NCBI GenBank assembly: GCA_902406115.1
Contig: CABPCL010000002.1
Location: 17,271 to 81,270 of the forward strand
DNA: 64,000 nt
Source of the DNA: an uncultured Clostridium sp.
Lineage (GTDB): Bacteria > Bacillota > Clostridia > TANB77 > CAG-508
Direction: 5' to 3'
Position 1 is the stretch's first letter. Each line of letters opens with the position of its first letter. This document shows, one piece after another, positions 39,346-50,529 of this stretch. The notes beneath the pieces are model-generated. The model searched no databases. It worked only from the letters and a program-made list of their open reading frames with translations, and was not told where the DNA came from. A program made the position numbers and the translations under genes.

Positions 39346-39837
39346 CTATTGTTTTGTTACTGTCCCTTTTTCAACATCCACTACGAAGAAAGCCAATGTT
39401 TTTGTACTTCCTTTGTCATTTACAGAAACAATATATCTACCCTGGCTGTCAATACTCATATTTGAAAAGTACACTCCATTTGTATCTCCCCATTGTTTTT
39501 TTACAAGTTCTATTGCTTTTTGTTCCTTGCTAGTTACACTCTCTGTTGATGAACTTTGATTTATTTTATTTTGTTCAACTGTATCATTTTGGCCTATCTC
39601 ATTTACATTATTTCCTTCATTTTTTATATCAATTTCCACATTTTCATTCTCTGTTACATTATCAAATAATTCATTAATTATATTATCTAACCCTGTATTT
39701 TCATCTGCAAAATTTGTATTATCTGTTTTTGTATCTGCTGGTTTCTTTTTTACTAAGTCATAAACTAGCCATATTATTCCAAATAAAATTAACACAATTA
39801 CAATTATAAATATTACTTTTTTTGCTGAATTATTCAT
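39346..39837 (-). CDS. membrane-anchored hypothetical protein inserted between xseA and xseB
   Basis: 163 aa with an N-terminal TM anchor, an acidic/Asn-rich linker and a C-terminal beta-rich domain. Confidence 0.4.
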   Translation of the reverse strand: MNNSAKKVIFIIVIVLILFGIIWLVYDLVKKKPADTKTDNTNFADENTGLDNIINELFDNVTENENVEIDIKNEGNNVNEIGQNDTVEQNKINQSSSTESVTSKEQKAIELVKKQWGDTNGVYFSNMSIDSQGRYIVSVNDKGSTKTLAFFVVDVEKGTVTKQ

Positions 39838-39850
39838 ATCGTTTCCTCCT

Positions 39851-41038
39851 CTAAATTATTTTAGCTTTTGCATTTCCATCATAAAAACGTATATTAATCT
39901 CGTCATCTTTTTTAAGTTCATTAGCTGATTTTACAACTTTGCCATTTACTTGAGTTATAGAATATCCCCTTATTAATGTTTTCAAAGGACTTAATGCATC
40001 CAATTTTTCTATCAAATTTACAGCATTATTCTTTTTCTCTTTATATATTGTCAATATACTATTTTGCATAGACTTAACTTTCATATCAATTAATATGTAT
40101 TTCTCATTAATCTTTTGTAGTGGATCTTTAAATGCTCTACTATTCATGCACTTTTCATATCTTAATCTCATTAATTCAACTTTCTTTTTTAAAGCTAATT
40201 GATATCTATTATTATATGTTTGTAATTTTAGTATAATATCCGATATGTTTGGAACTGCAAGTTCCGCTGCTGCCGATGGTGTTGGTGCTCTTAAATCTGC
40301 CACAAAATCCGCAATAGTAAAGTCAGTTTCATGTCCTACTGCTGAAATTACTGGTAGTTCTGAATTATAAATTGCTCTTGCTACAATTTCTTCATTAAAA
40401 GGCCATAGATCTTCTAAAGATCCTCCCCCTCTTGCCACAATAATTAAATCTGCCATATTTTTTTCATTCATAATTCTAATAGCTTCTGCTATTTTCTCAG
40501 CAGCTCCCTCTCCTTGAACTGGAACAGGAAGTAATTTTATATATACATTTGGATTTCTTCTTGTTGACACATTAATAATATCTCTTATAACTGCACCGGT
40601 ATTTGAAGTAAGCACTCCTATGCATTTAGGCATTGCAGGTATTTTCTTTTTGTGTTCTACACTAAATAGTCCCTCTTTTTCAAGCTTGGCTTTTAGTTCC
40701 TCGTACGCTGTATATAAGCTTCCCATACCATCTTCCTGCATTGCTTTACAATAAATTTGATACACTCCATCTCTTTCAAATACAGATACTGTACCAAACA
40801 CAATTACCTTCATTCCATCTCTTGGCATAAACTTTAAATTAACGGCTGAACTTTTAAACATAATGCATTTTATTAGTGAATTTTCATCTTTTAATGTAAA
40901 ATACATATGTCCTGTATAATGATTTTTAAAATTTGATATTTCGCCTTTAACTAGCACATTATTTAGATTTTCATCTTGATCTATTCTCTCTTTAATATAT
41001 CTATTTAAATCTGTTACACTAACCGCGTTATATTTCAT
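39851..41038 (-). CDS. xseA: exodeoxyribonuclease VII large subunit
   Basis: 395 aa with an N-terminal OB-fold (VKGEISNFKNHYTGHMYFTLKD) and a catalytic core. Confidence 0.85.
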   Translation of the reverse strand: MKYNAVSVTDLNRYIKERIDQDENLNNVLVKGEISNFKNHYTGHMYFTLKDENSLIKCIMFKSSAVNLKFMPRDGMKVIVFGTVSVFERDGVYQIYCKAMQEDGMGSLYTAYEELKAKLEKEGLFSVEHKKKIPAMPKCIGVLTSNTGAVIRDIINVSTRRNPNVYIKLLPVPVQGEGAAEKIAEAIRIMNEKNMADLIIVARGGGSLEDLWPFNEEIVARAIYNSELPVISAVGHETDFTIADFVADLRAPTPSAAAELAVPNISDIILKLQTYNNRYQLALKKKVELMRLRYEKCMNSRAFKDPLQKINEKYILIDMKVKSMQNSILTIYKEKKNNAVNLIEKLDALSPLKTLIRGYSITQVNGKVVKSANELKKDDEINIRFYDGNAKAKII

Positions 41039-41055
41039 TTATTTATCATTAGCTC

Positions 41056-41505
41056 CTATTCTATATTGTTGTTCTTTACAACACTAGCCAAAATTCCATT
41101 AACAAATGATGAAGCACTATCATCTCCATATTTTTTTGCTAACTCAACTGCTTCATTTATTACAACTTTATATGGTATTTTTTTATATAAAATTTCATAT
41201 ATTGCAAGTTTTAATATAGCAACATTAATTTTTGATAATCTGCTAATTTCCCATTTCTCTGATAATTCCTTATTTATTTGATCTAATATTTCTTCTTTAT
41301 GATCTTCTATACCATATATTACATCTTGTACATATTCTTTTACTTTATTTTCTTCAATACCATTATTCTCTAAGAATAAATTGATTTGTTCTTCATACTC
41401 ATCTCTACTTATTTTTTGAATTTCTAGACTATATATTAATTCAAATGCTACTTTTCTAGTTTCTGATCGATTCATCATTGACAACCTTTCCCTTATTTCA
41501 AACAA
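41056..41505 (-). CDS. nusB: transcription antitermination factor NusB
   Basis: [18 protein letters not shown] ... all-helical and ~140 aa. The start is likely internal Met10/11. Confidence 0.8.
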   Translation of the reverse strand: MFEIRERLSMMNRSETRKVAFELIYSLEIQKISRDEYEEQINLFLENNGIEENKVKEYVQDVIYGIEDHKEEILDQINKELSEKWEISRLSKINVAILKLAIYEILYKKIPYKVVINEAVELAKKYGDDSASSFVNGILASVVKNNNIE

Positions 41506-41709
41506 TTATAGCTTATCTATAAAATTTTTTAATTTTTCTTTAACTTCAAATTTATTGTGTTGAATATAATTTCCTGCATATCCACACACAAATATCAATA
41601 TAATTCCAATAATCAATTGATATAATCTTGTAAAAAGTAATATTATTGCTACTATAATTCCAATTATCATGCCTCCATATTGAGACATAAACCTTTTAAA
41701 TTCTTCCAT
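41506..41709 (-). CDS. DUF2273 small membrane protein
   Basis: 67 aa with 2 TM helices. It is a member of the asp23-amaP-DUF2273 operon. Confidence 0.5.
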   Translation of the reverse strand: MEEFKRFMSQYGGMIIGIIVAIILLFTRLYQLIIGIILIFVCGYAGNYIQHNKFEVKEKLKNFIDKL

Positions 41710-41724
41710 AGAACTTCTTCCTTT

Positions 41725-42321
41725 CTACTCTTGAACAATTTCTTTTACAGGTTCTATATTTTTAACTTTAATATTAACCTCTTTTGCTTCTAAATCAGTT
41801 GCTTTCTTTATCGCTTCTTTTACCTTTGTTTGTAAATTAGTAGATAATTCTTTTATAACTGCATTTTCCTTTACTATTAGATTAACAAATACTATAACAT
41901 TATTTTCTTTGTCTACTTCTATTTTTGTTGATGCAACCTCTGCACTGTCAAACCCTTTTATAACTCCTTTAACAATGTTTTCAATTGTCTCTTTTGTAAT
42001 TAATAATTTTCCTTCAGAGTTTTGCAATAAGATTCCATTTTTATAATCACTTTTCTGTTTATCATTAGAACCAAAGAATATACATATAGTCGCCATTAAT
42101 ATAAATAAAATATTTAGTCCTAATATAACTTTTGATATTACTGGATCTCCAATACCAAGTTTAATAACTTCTGTCATAAAATTTATATCTAACCATCCAA
42201 AAATTAATAAACAAAATATAACTGATATTATTAAAATTAGTGTTGAAAATAGTGCTAATGATATTTTTTCTATTAGTTTCATAATTATTTCATCCTTTCT
42301 TACAGGGGTAAAAGGACACAT
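41725..42321 (-). CDS. amaP: alkaline shock response membrane anchor protein AmaP-like
   Basis: 198 aa, N-terminally membrane-anchored, immediately downstream of asp23. Confidence 0.5.
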   Translation of the reverse strand: MCPFTPVRKDEIIMKLIEKISLALFSTLILIISVIFCLLIFGWLDINFMTEVIKLGIGDPVISKVILGLNILFILMATICIFFGSNDKQKSDYKNGILLQNSEGKLLITKETIENIVKGVIKGFDSAEVASTKIEVDKENNVIVFVNLIVKENAVIKELSTNLQTKVKEAIKKATDLEAKEVNIKVKNIEPVKEIVQE

Positions 42322-42348
42322 AATCTAACTGTGTGTCCTTTTACTAAA

Positions 42349-42786
42349 TTATTCGTTATTCTCTGTTTCTTTTTCGCTTGTTTCTGTATTTGCTTCAGTA
42401 TTTACACCTTGAACATGAACATTTACTTCAACAACTTTTAAACCTGTCATACCTTCTACAGCTTTTTTTACTCTGTTTTGAATTTCAAAAGCTACATCTG
42501 GAATCCTTGCTCCATATTCTACAATGATATTTACATCTATTTTAGTTTCTTTTTCTCCTGCTTCAACTTTAATTCCTTTTGCAAAATTTTTCTTTCCACT
42601 AAATACTTCTGAAATTCCTCCTGCAAATCCACCTGCCATTGAAGATACTCCTGGAACTTCTGAAGCAGCAGCTCCTGCTATAACTGCTATAACATCATCA
42701 GCAATTTTTATATTTGTATTTTCTAATGTAACTTCTCCTTGACCTTCTAAATTTTCTACATTTTCTGGTTCTCTATTTTCTTCCAT
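42349..42786 (-). CDS. Asp23/Gls24-family envelope stress protein
   Basis: 145 aa with the IADDVIAVIAGAAASEVPGV... Asp23 family signature. Confidence 0.75.
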   Translation of the reverse strand: MEENREPENVENLEGQGEVTLENTNIKIADDVIAVIAGAAASEVPGVSSMAGGFAGGISEVFSGKKNFAKGIKVEAGEKETKIDVNIIVEYGARIPDVAFEIQNRVKKAVEGMTGLKVVEVNVHVQGVNTEANTETSEKETENNE

Positions 42787-42900
42787 AATAAAACCTCCTT
42801 AAAATTTTATTTTTCTTATCGTTTGAGTACTTTGTTTCATATATTAGTATACCAATTTATGCTTTTTTTTACAACTATTTTTTATAAATATTGTTGAATA

Positions 42901-43887
42901 TTATTCAAAAACACTCCCTACAATAATTCTATTTCCTCTTAAAAAATCAGATACATTCATCCTCTTTGAATTTTCAGCTTGCACTTCTAAGACTTTAATA
43001 ACTCCGTCTTTTCCCATTATATATAATCCTTGTTTTTCGTCTGAAAAAAGTACAGTTCCAGGCATTATTTTTCCTATTTTGTACTCATATTCTTTTAAAT
43101 CCGGGAATAATCCCATAAGTGCTTGCACAGATAATTTATCTACTTTCCAAAATTTTAGTTTCTTATCTCCTAGAAAAGTGTAAGCTCCCATAATAGGATT
43201 TAAACCCCTTACTAAATTTTTTATCTGTGCCACGCTATTATTTTCCCAATCAATCTTTGCCATTTCTTTATTTAGCATAGGTGCAAGTGTATATTCCTCG
43301 CCTTGTTTTTCTCTTGGAGCCTCTCCCTTTTCCACTAATTCTAATGTTTTTACAAGCAGTTTTCCACCAATTTCAGATAACCTGTTCCACAATTCTCCAG
43401 TAGTTTCATCTTCACCTATTGTTACTTTTTCTTTTAGTATCATATCTCCAGTATCCATTCCAATATCCATATACATTGTTGTAATTCCCGTTTCTTTGTC
43501 TCCATTTAGTATTGACCATTGAATTGGTGCTGCTCCTCTATATTGCGGAAGTAATGATCCATGAACATTAATACATCCAAGTTTTGGAATATCTAAAATC
43601 TCTTTTGGTAAGATTTTTCCATATGCAACAACACATATTACATCTGGATTTAATTGTTTAATTTCATTTATAAATTCCTCATTTTTTCTTACTTTAATAG
43701 GTTGGAAAATTTTTAATCCTTTTTCAACTGCAAATTCTTTAACAGGCGAACCTATAAGTTTCATTCCTCTACCTTTTGGTTTATCTATATTTGTAACAAC
43801 ACCTACTATTTCATGTCCCGCTTCGTATACACATTTTAGCGATTCTTGTGCAAAGTCCGGTGTTCCCATAAAAACAACTTTCAACAT
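42901..43887 (-). CDS. fmt: methionyl-tRNA formyltransferase
   Basis: MLKVVFMGTPDFA...; 328 aa. Confidence 0.9.
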   Translation of the reverse strand: MLKVVFMGTPDFAQESLKCVYEAGHEIVGVVTNIDKPKGRGMKLIGSPVKEFAVEKGLKIFQPIKVRKNEEFINEIKQLNPDVICVVAYGKILPKEILDIPKLGCINVHGSLLPQYRGAAPIQWSILNGDKETGITTMYMDIGMDTGDMILKEKVTIGEDETTGELWNRLSEIGGKLLVKTLELVEKGEAPREKQGEEYTLAPMLNKEMAKIDWENNSVAQIKNLVRGLNPIMGAYTFLGDKKLKFWKVDKLSVQALMGLFPDLKEYEYKIGKIMPGTVLFSDEKQGLYIMGKDGVIKVLEVQAENSKRMNVSDFLRGNRIIVGSVFE

Positions 43888-43925
43888 ATTACCTCCGCTT
43901 TTCTCTTTAAAGTATTAACTTATTA

Positions 43926-44408
43926 TTACTTATCTTGTTGTGGCTCAACATACTCTAATGTTCCAGGAATCATGTGATCAATAAATAACACACCATCTAA
44001 GTGATCTAATTCATGACAAATAGCTTGTGCCAAAAGACCTTTTGCTTTTATTTTCACTTTTTTACCATTTTCATCTAATGCCTCAGCTACAACTTCTTCT
44101 GGTCTTATCAATCTTGCGTATTGATTTGGAAAACTTAAGCATCCCTCTTCAACTTCTTGTTCTCCCTTTGTTTTTATAATTACAGGATTAACTAATTTAA
44201 TTGGTCCTTTTTCGTCATACAAATCAATTACAACTAATCTCTTTAAAATTCCTACTTGAACTGCTGAAAGACCAACTCCATTAAATTTATGCATTGTATC
44301 AACCATATCATCTAACAATTCTCTAACCTTGTCATCAATAACTTCTACTTCTCTTGATTTTTTTCTTAAGATCTCGTCTCCATCTTCTCTAATATTTCTT
44401 ACTGCCAT
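43926..44408 (-). CDS. def: peptide deformylase
   Basis: Motifs GVGLSAVQVG, EGCLSFP and HELDHLDG. Confidence 0.9.
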   Translation of the reverse strand: MAVRNIREDGDEILRKKSREVEVIDDKVRELLDDMVDTMHKFNGVGLSAVQVGILKRLVVIDLYDEKGPIKLVNPVIIKTKGEQEVEEGCLSFPNQYARLIRPEEVVAEALDENGKKVKIKAKGLLAQAICHELDHLDGVLFIDHMIPGTLEYVEPQQDK

Positions 44409-44455
44409 TTTTTCCTCCTTTTTATATCACTTTTATTTAGCACATAATAACATTT

Positions 44456-46706
44456 CTAATGCGCCATATCATTTGGATTAACATCTATAACAACCTTTGT
44501 ATCGTGAACTTTCATTGTATTATACTCATTTAGCATATCATTCATTAAATTAATAATGTCATCTTCCAATTTACATTTTACAATAATTCTCCATCTATAT
44601 TTATTTTTAATTTTATCTATAGGTGCCGAAACTGGAGAGTACAATATCATAGCAAAATTCTCTTTTTTTAATCTCATTTTTAAATAATTATGCAACTTTC
44701 TTGACACTTCTGTTAATTCTTTTTCATTACTTGAAGTAATTCCAATTAATATTATATCGCAAAATGGTGGATATTTCAACTGTTTCCTAAGTCCTATCTC
44801 TGTTTCGTAAAACAATTCGTAGTCTTGTTTCTTGCTACACTCAACTGCAAAATTATCTGGATTATATGTTTGTATTATAACCCTTCCTTCATCTTGTTCT
44901 CTACCTGCTCTACCCGCTACCTGTGTTAATAATTGAAATGTTCTCTCATTTGCTCTAAAATCATCAATATTTAAACTCCCATCTGCTGCAATAACCCCAA
45001 CTAAAGTTACATTTGGAAAATGATGCCCTTTTACAACCATTTGAGTTCCTATTAGAATATCGATATTATCTTGTTTAAATCTGTTTAAAATCTGTTCATG
45101 CGAATTTTTCTTGGTTACTGTATCCACATCCATTCTTATAGTACTTGCATTTGGGAATAACTCATTTATTTGTTTTTCCAACTTTTGAGTACCTGTTCCA
45201 AAATATCTAATTTGGTCACTTCCACACTCAGGGCAGACTTTTAATGCAGGTATTTCATATCCACAATAATGACATTTTAATCTATTCTTATTTGCGTGAT
45301 ATGTAAGATTTATATTGCAATTTTTGCACTTTGCTGTATATCCACATTCTCTACACATAACAAATGTAGAAAATCCCCTTCTATTCAAAAACAGAATAGT
45401 CTGTTTCTTATTCTCTAAGTTTCTTTCAATTTCTTGATATAACTTTCTACTGATCATGGATTTATTTCCATTTGCAAGCTCATCTCTTAAGTCAACTATT
45501 TGTACATTGGGTAGACTTGCATTGTTAGCTCTTTTTGTTAATTGTAAAAGTACTATTTCTTCCTTTTTGGCTCTATAGTAACTTGCCAAGTCTGGCGTTG
45601 CGCTACCAAGTACAAGTGGAATATTCATATCCTTCGCCATATATCTTGCAACTTCTTTTGAATCGTATCTTGGAGTACTCTCTGCTTTATATGAACTATC
45701 ATGCTCCTCATCAATAATAATTATTCCTAAATTTTGCACAGGTGCAAAAATAGCTGAACGTGCACCAATTATGATTTTTGCCTGTCCATTTTTTATTTTA
45801 TACCACTGATCATATCTTTCTCCAACGGATAACTTGCTATGTAGTATAGCAACTTTTTCATCTCCAAATCTGGCAATAAACCTATTTACCGTCTGTGGTG
45901 TTAAAGAAATTTCTGGTACTAATAAAATGCTTGTTTTTCCTTTCTGTAATACTTTATCTATTAATTGCAAATAAATCTCTGTTTTTCCGTGACCCTGTTA
46001 CGCCAAAAATTAGAAATTCAGAAAACAACATATCATCCATTGAATCACAAATTATATTATATGCATTTTGTTGTTCATCTGTTAGCTTCAATTTAGAATC
46101 TCTATCTATATTTTTATTTTCAAAAGGATTCCTTTCAACTTGTTTTTCTATTATTTCTAAATATCCATTTTTGCATAATGTATATACTACTGACCTTGTT
46201 GTATCTGCAAACATTTCTAAGTCAGAAACAAGAACATCTCCATTTTCAATAACAAACCTTAATGTTCGTATCTGTTTGCCAGATTTTATTTTCCCTATTT
46301 CAATATCGTTTTCTATCTCATCAATATCTTTTTTTAGTATAACAAAATTTAAATTCTTTTCTTTAACTCTATTAGAAATAATCTTTGAAGTAGTCCCTGG
46401 GGGCAACATTAATTTTAAGCAATCAGATATGTTGCAAAAATATCTTCTTGACATCCATTTTGCAAGATTAATTTTTTCCTCATCTAATATACTTTCTTCT
46501 TGAATATTAGCAATTTCTTTCACTTCATATTCAGAAGACATCTTTAATCCAATTACAAAGCCATCTTCTAAACTTTTTTTATTTCCAAAAGGAACTAAAA
46601 CTCTACTACCTACATTAATTTTTTCTTCTAACTCTGTTGGCACTTTATAATCAAATATTCTATTCAATTTTTTTACATTACTTTGTATAATAACTTCTGC
46701 AATCAT
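44456..46706 (-). pseudogene. priA: primosomal protein N' (PriA helicase), interrupted by a 1-nt frameshift near 45988
   Basis: ORF 45954..46706 has the N-terminal 3'-DNA-binding domain up to GVTGS. ORF 44456..45970 holds the helicase core, Cys-rich Zn region and C-terminus. Removing the + strand G in TTTTCCGTGACC restores the Walker A GVTGSGKTEIYLQLIDK. Confidence 0.85.
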
Positions 46707-46763
46707 TTTAGAACCTTCTCCACTTTATTTGTATATTAGTATAACAAAAATAAATAAAAATGG

Positions 46764-47339
46764 CTAGATCTCTAACCATTTTTTATATTCTTCTTCTATT
46801 ATTTTTGCATTTTCTTCTATAGTATGATTTGTTGTATCTAATACAAAATCATAATTTGACATATCTTCTTTATGTACTCCATATAACCTAAAGAATCTTT
46901 CATTTTCTGAATTAAATCTTTTTATCATATCTGCTTTTTGTTCTTCTATAGTTTCAAATTTTTCAGTTTCTTTTCTTTTTTCATCATTAAAAGCCCTTTG
47001 AGCCGCAATATCAATATCTACTTTTAAATATATTTTAAAAGAATCTGGTATTGAATACCATCCCAAACGTGCATCTACAATTAGATTGTCATGAGTTTTG
47101 GCATACTCTGCTGCACTTTTTTCTATTTGTTCATCTATTTCAGGATGATCTTTTAAGTATTCATTAAATTTTGTAATGTCTAGTCCTTTTTCTTTAGCAA
47201 GTTTTCTAACATATTCTCCATTTCTGTAAATTCCATAATTTAGGTTTTTTTGTAATAAATCTGTTATTCTACTTTTACCACTTGCTAAATCTCCTGCAAT
47301 TGTAATAATATGTTTTTTCACTATTTTACTCCTTTTCAA
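46764..47339 (-). CDS. cytidylate-kinase-like P-loop NTPase
   Basis: 191 aa with Walker A IAGDLASGKS. It is not a canonical Gmk (no GPSGVGK) and sits where gmk or coaBC would be expected. Confidence 0.4.
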   Translation of the reverse strand: MKRSKIVKKHIITIAGDLASGKSRITDLLQKNLNYGIYRNGEYVRKLAKEKGLDITKFNEYLKDHPEIDEQIEKSAAEYAKTHDNLIVDARLGWYSIPDSFKIYLKVDIDIAAQRAFNDEKRKETEKFETIEEQKADMIKRFNSENERFFRLYGVHKEDMSNYDFVLDTTNHTIEENAKIIEEEYKKWLEI

Positions 47340-47517
47340 ATACTTTTCCTTCTGCTATCTCATTTGCTGCTATTGTTACTGGAGCTTCTTCATCTGTTTC
47401 AATTAAAACTGGATCTCCTTCAGCTATTTCTCTTGCTCTTTTTGCAGTTACACTTACTAATGCAAATCTGTTATCTACTTTTGTTAATAATTCCTTAACG
47501 GTTGGTTTTACCATCAT
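47326..47517 (-). CDS. rpoZ: DNA-directed RNA polymerase subunit omega
   Basis: 63 aa with NRFALVSVTAKRAREI. Confidence 0.8.
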   Translation of the reverse strand: MMVKPTVKELLTKVDNRFALVSVTAKRAREIAEGDPVLIETDEEAPVTIAANEIAEGKVFEKE

Positions 47518-47580
47518 TTTTCATTACCCCTTATTTATTAAAATTTATTTGTTTTATATTTTTTATAAAATATAAATTAT

Positions 47581-47847
47581 TTACTCTTCTTCAGATGAAG
47601 TAACAATGTTGTCTTCTTTATCTAATCTGCTTGCAACAGTTTCTGGTTGTACCGCAGATAATACAACATGTCCAGAGTCCATAATAATTACAGCTCTTGT
47701 TCTTCTTCCATATGTTGCATCCACAGCCATTCCCTCATCTTTAGCCTCTTGTACAATTCTTTTTATAGGTGCTGATTCTGGACTAACGATTGCTATAATT
47801 CTATTTGCTGAAACAATATTTCCAAACCCAATATTAATTAATTGCAT
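47581..47847 (-). CDS. remA: RemA/DUF370 family protein
   Basis: 88 aa with [30 protein letters not shown]. Confidence 0.8.
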   Translation of the reverse strand: MQLINIGFGNIVSANRIIAIVSPESAPIKRIVQEAKDEGMAVDATYGRRTRAVIIMDSGHVVLSAVQPETVASRLDKEDNIVTSSEEE

Positions 47848-47864
47848 ACATCTTCGCCCCTTTC

Positions 47865-48737
47865 TTACTCTATATTTTGAACTTGTTCTCTAATGTCTTC
47901 TAATACAGTCTTTAATTCTACAACAGAATTTGTTATTTCTATATTACCTGATTTTGACCCTATTGTATTAACTTCTCTATTCATTTCTTGTATTAAGAAA
48001 TCAAGTCGTTTTCCTACAGGTTCACCCTTATTTATCAATTCTCTAAATTGTATAATATGACTTTTTAATCTAGTTAACTCTTCCTCTACAGAACATTTAT
48101 CTGAATATATTACAATTTCTTGTGCCAATCTATTTTTGTCAACTACATCTGTTTTTAAAATTTCATTTATTCTATTTTCTAATTTTACTATATATTCATT
48201 TACAAGTCCAGACGAATATTCTGAAATCTTTTTAGTGTTATCTTCTACTTTTTTAATTCTTTCTTCTAAATCTTTTTTTATTACATTTCCCTCTTGTATT
48301 CTCATATTAGTAAATTTATCTAGTGCCATATTCAAACATTCTATTAATTCCTCTTCAATGGCCTCTTGGTTTTCATTTTCTTCTAATATTAAAACATCAG
48401 GGAACTTTGATATCTCGGTTACCTTTATATCAGAATCTATTCCATTTTCATTTGCCATCATCTTCAATTCATCAATATATAGTTTTGCCAGATCTCTATT
48501 TATAATTACCTTTTTACCTTCACTACCAAAATTCAAATATGTAATATATATATCTATCTTACCTCTTGATACTCTATTTAATACACTTTTTCTAATCTTT
48601 TCTTCTAAAAATAATAAATTTCTTGGAGCCTTTATACTTATATCGTTATATCTGTGATTAACAGATTTAATTTCAATTATATATTCCCTAGAGTTTTTTT
48701 CTAAATTTGCTCTTCCAAAGCCTGTCATACTATTCAT
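47865..48737 (-). CDS. YicC/YloC family stress-induced protein
   Basis: 290 aa with [12 protein letters not shown]... and the YicC N- and C-terminal domains. Confidence 0.75.
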   Translation of the reverse strand: MNSMTGFGRANLEKNSREYIIEIKSVNHRYNDISIKAPRNLLFLEEKIRKSVLNRVSRGKIDIYITYLNFGSEGKKVIINRDLAKLYIDELKMMANENGIDSDIKVTEISKFPDVLILEENENQEAIEEELIECLNMALDKFTNMRIQEGNVIKKDLEERIKKVEDNTKKISEYSSGLVNEYIVKLENRINEILKTDVVDKNRLAQEIVIYSDKCSVEEELTRLKSHIIQFRELINKGEPVGKRLDFLIQEMNREVNTIGSKSGNIEITNSVVELKTVLEDIREQVQNIE

Positions 48738-48746
48738 ATATTACCC

Positions 48747-49703
48747 TCATTCTTCTTCTTTTATTATTTCTTTCATATCATTTATAAAATATTGTTTTTT
48801 TCTCTTTATATATATTATCATTGATTTTATTAAATAATAAGCTAAAAATATGTATGAAGCTCCTACTACAATGTATGCATATTGACTTGAGAACATCAAT
48901 TTAGCATATATTAACCCTATAGTAACAATAGCAAGAACAATCATCTCTACTCCGTATAAAGCTGTTTCTCCATTTTCTTTTTTATATGCATTTTCAATTA
49001 AAGCAACTGCAAATAAAAGTATACACATTCCAAACACCTTTAAGTCAGTAACATATACATCACTTTTAATATTAATAAAGCCTAAGTTTAAGAATATGAA
49101 ATAAATTAAGATTAATCCTGCTATAATAAAGTTTTTTAATAAAACTTTATTAATTTTTTTTAATTCTTCCTTTGGAAGTTTTTTCTTTTGCTTTAAAGCC
49201 TCTTTAATAGCTTCTATTTTAATAACTTTTGTCTTTTCAGTGGTTTCTACTTCTTTGTTTATTTCTTCTTTTTCTTCTTTAATTGTTTCTACTTCATCAT
49301 TTTTATCTTCGTTGTTTTTGTTATTTTCTTTTTTTATATCTTCTTTTTTACTGTATTTTTCTTTGTCAGTCTTTTTATTACTATTCTTCGTTTTTTTCGT
49401 TTCTGTTTTCTTTAAATCTTTATTAGTTTCTGCCTTGCTGTTTGTTTTGCCTGTTGTATTCTTTTTAGAATTTTCCTTGTTTGCTTTACTAGATGCTGTT
49501 GTTTTATTTGTATTCTTTTTTGTATTATTATTTGTACTTTTTTTCGTATTTTGAGTTGTGGTTTTTGTTTTCGTAGTTGTCTTTTTTGTTGTTTTGGTTG
49601 TACTTTTTCCTGTGTCTTTTTTATTATTTGTTTTAGATTCTACCGAATCCTTATTATCTTTAGCTGTATCTATCTTTACATCTGTTTCTTTTTTATCAGC
49701 CAT
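48747..49703 (-). CDS. Lys/Thr/Asn-rich low-complexity protein with C-terminal TM helices
   Basis: 318 aa. The N-terminal ~190 aa are KT(N)-rich low complexity and the C-terminal ~120 aa have 3-4 TM helices. Confidence 0.35.
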   Translation of the reverse strand: MADKKETDVKIDTAKDNKDSVESKTNNKKDTGKSTTKTTKKTTTKTKTTTQNTKKSTNNNTKKNTNKTTASSKANKENSKKNTTGKTNSKAETNKDLKKTETKKTKNSNKKTDKEKYSKKEDIKKENNKNNEDKNDEVETIKEEKEEINKEVETTEKTKVIKIEAIKEALKQKKKLPKEELKKINKVLLKNFIIAGLILIYFIFLNLGFINIKSDVYVTDLKVFGMCILLFAVALIENAYKKENGETALYGVEMIVLAIVTIGLIYAKLMFSSQYAYIVVGASYIFLAYYLIKSMIIYIKRKKQYFINDMKEIIKEEE

Positions 49704-49769
49704 ATTATTTCCTCCAACTATTTTTCATATCAAATATTATATCACAAATTTATAGTGTTGCAAATATTT

Positions 49770-50528
49770 TTATAAATCATATTCATATACAATATTACTT
49801 AGAATTGCTAAAGAAGCCGTTTCTGTTCTTAAAATTCTATTACCTAGAGTTATAACCTTTACACCCTTAGATATAAACTTTTCTATTTCTGTCTCATCTA
49901 ACCCACCCTCTGGGCCTATTACAATTGCGATTTTTAAACCTTCACAATCAACTTTATTTTTATGTAGTTCTTGCAATACTTGCTTTAATGTAATATCTTT
50001 TTCATTTTCATATGCAACTATAAATAAATCATAATTATTAATCTCACTAATTATATTATCTATTTTGCAAATTTCACTTATCTTAGGTATTAAATCTCTT
50101 CCAGATTGTTTAGCAGCAACCTCTGCAATCTTTTGCCATCTATCAATTTTCTTTATAGCATCTTTACCTTCTAACTTTACAATACATCTTTTCATTGCAA
50201 CTGGTACAATTTTTTTAACGCCAAGCTCTGTAGCTTTTTGAATAATGTACTCCATTTTTTCTGCTTTTGGTAAACCTTGAAATATTGTAACATCAACTTT
50301 AGCTTCAGTTGTTTCTTCAATTTCATCTAGTATTTGACATATAACCTTTTCCTTTAATTTTTCTAAAATCTTTGTATCATATGTTATGTTTGTATCTTTA
50401 TTACATATAAATATGTGATCTTCATTTTTAAGTCTTAATACATTAGAAATGTGGTTTACGTCTTCACCTATTATTTCAATTATATTATCATTTTTTATTT
50501 GATTATCTGACACAAAAAATTTTGGCAT
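49770..50528 (-). CDS. rsmE: 16S rRNA (uracil1498-N3)-methyltransferase
   Basis: 252 aa. The assignment rests on an RsmE-family PUA-like N-domain and the overall protein length; no specific SPOUT motif was identified. Confidence 0.7.
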   Translation of the reverse strand: MPKFFVSDNQIKNDNIIEIIGEDVNHISNVLRLKNEDHIFICNKDTNITYDTKILEKLKEKVICQILDEIEETTEAKVDVTIFQGLPKAEKMEYIIQKATELGVKKIVPVAMKRCIVKLEGKDAIKKIDRWQKIAEVAAKQSGRDLIPKISEICKIDNIISEINNYDLFIVAYENEKDITLKQVLQELHKNKVDCEGLKIAIVIGPEGGLDETEIEKFISKGVKVITLGNRILRTETASLAILSNIVYEYDL

Positions 50529-50529
50529 T

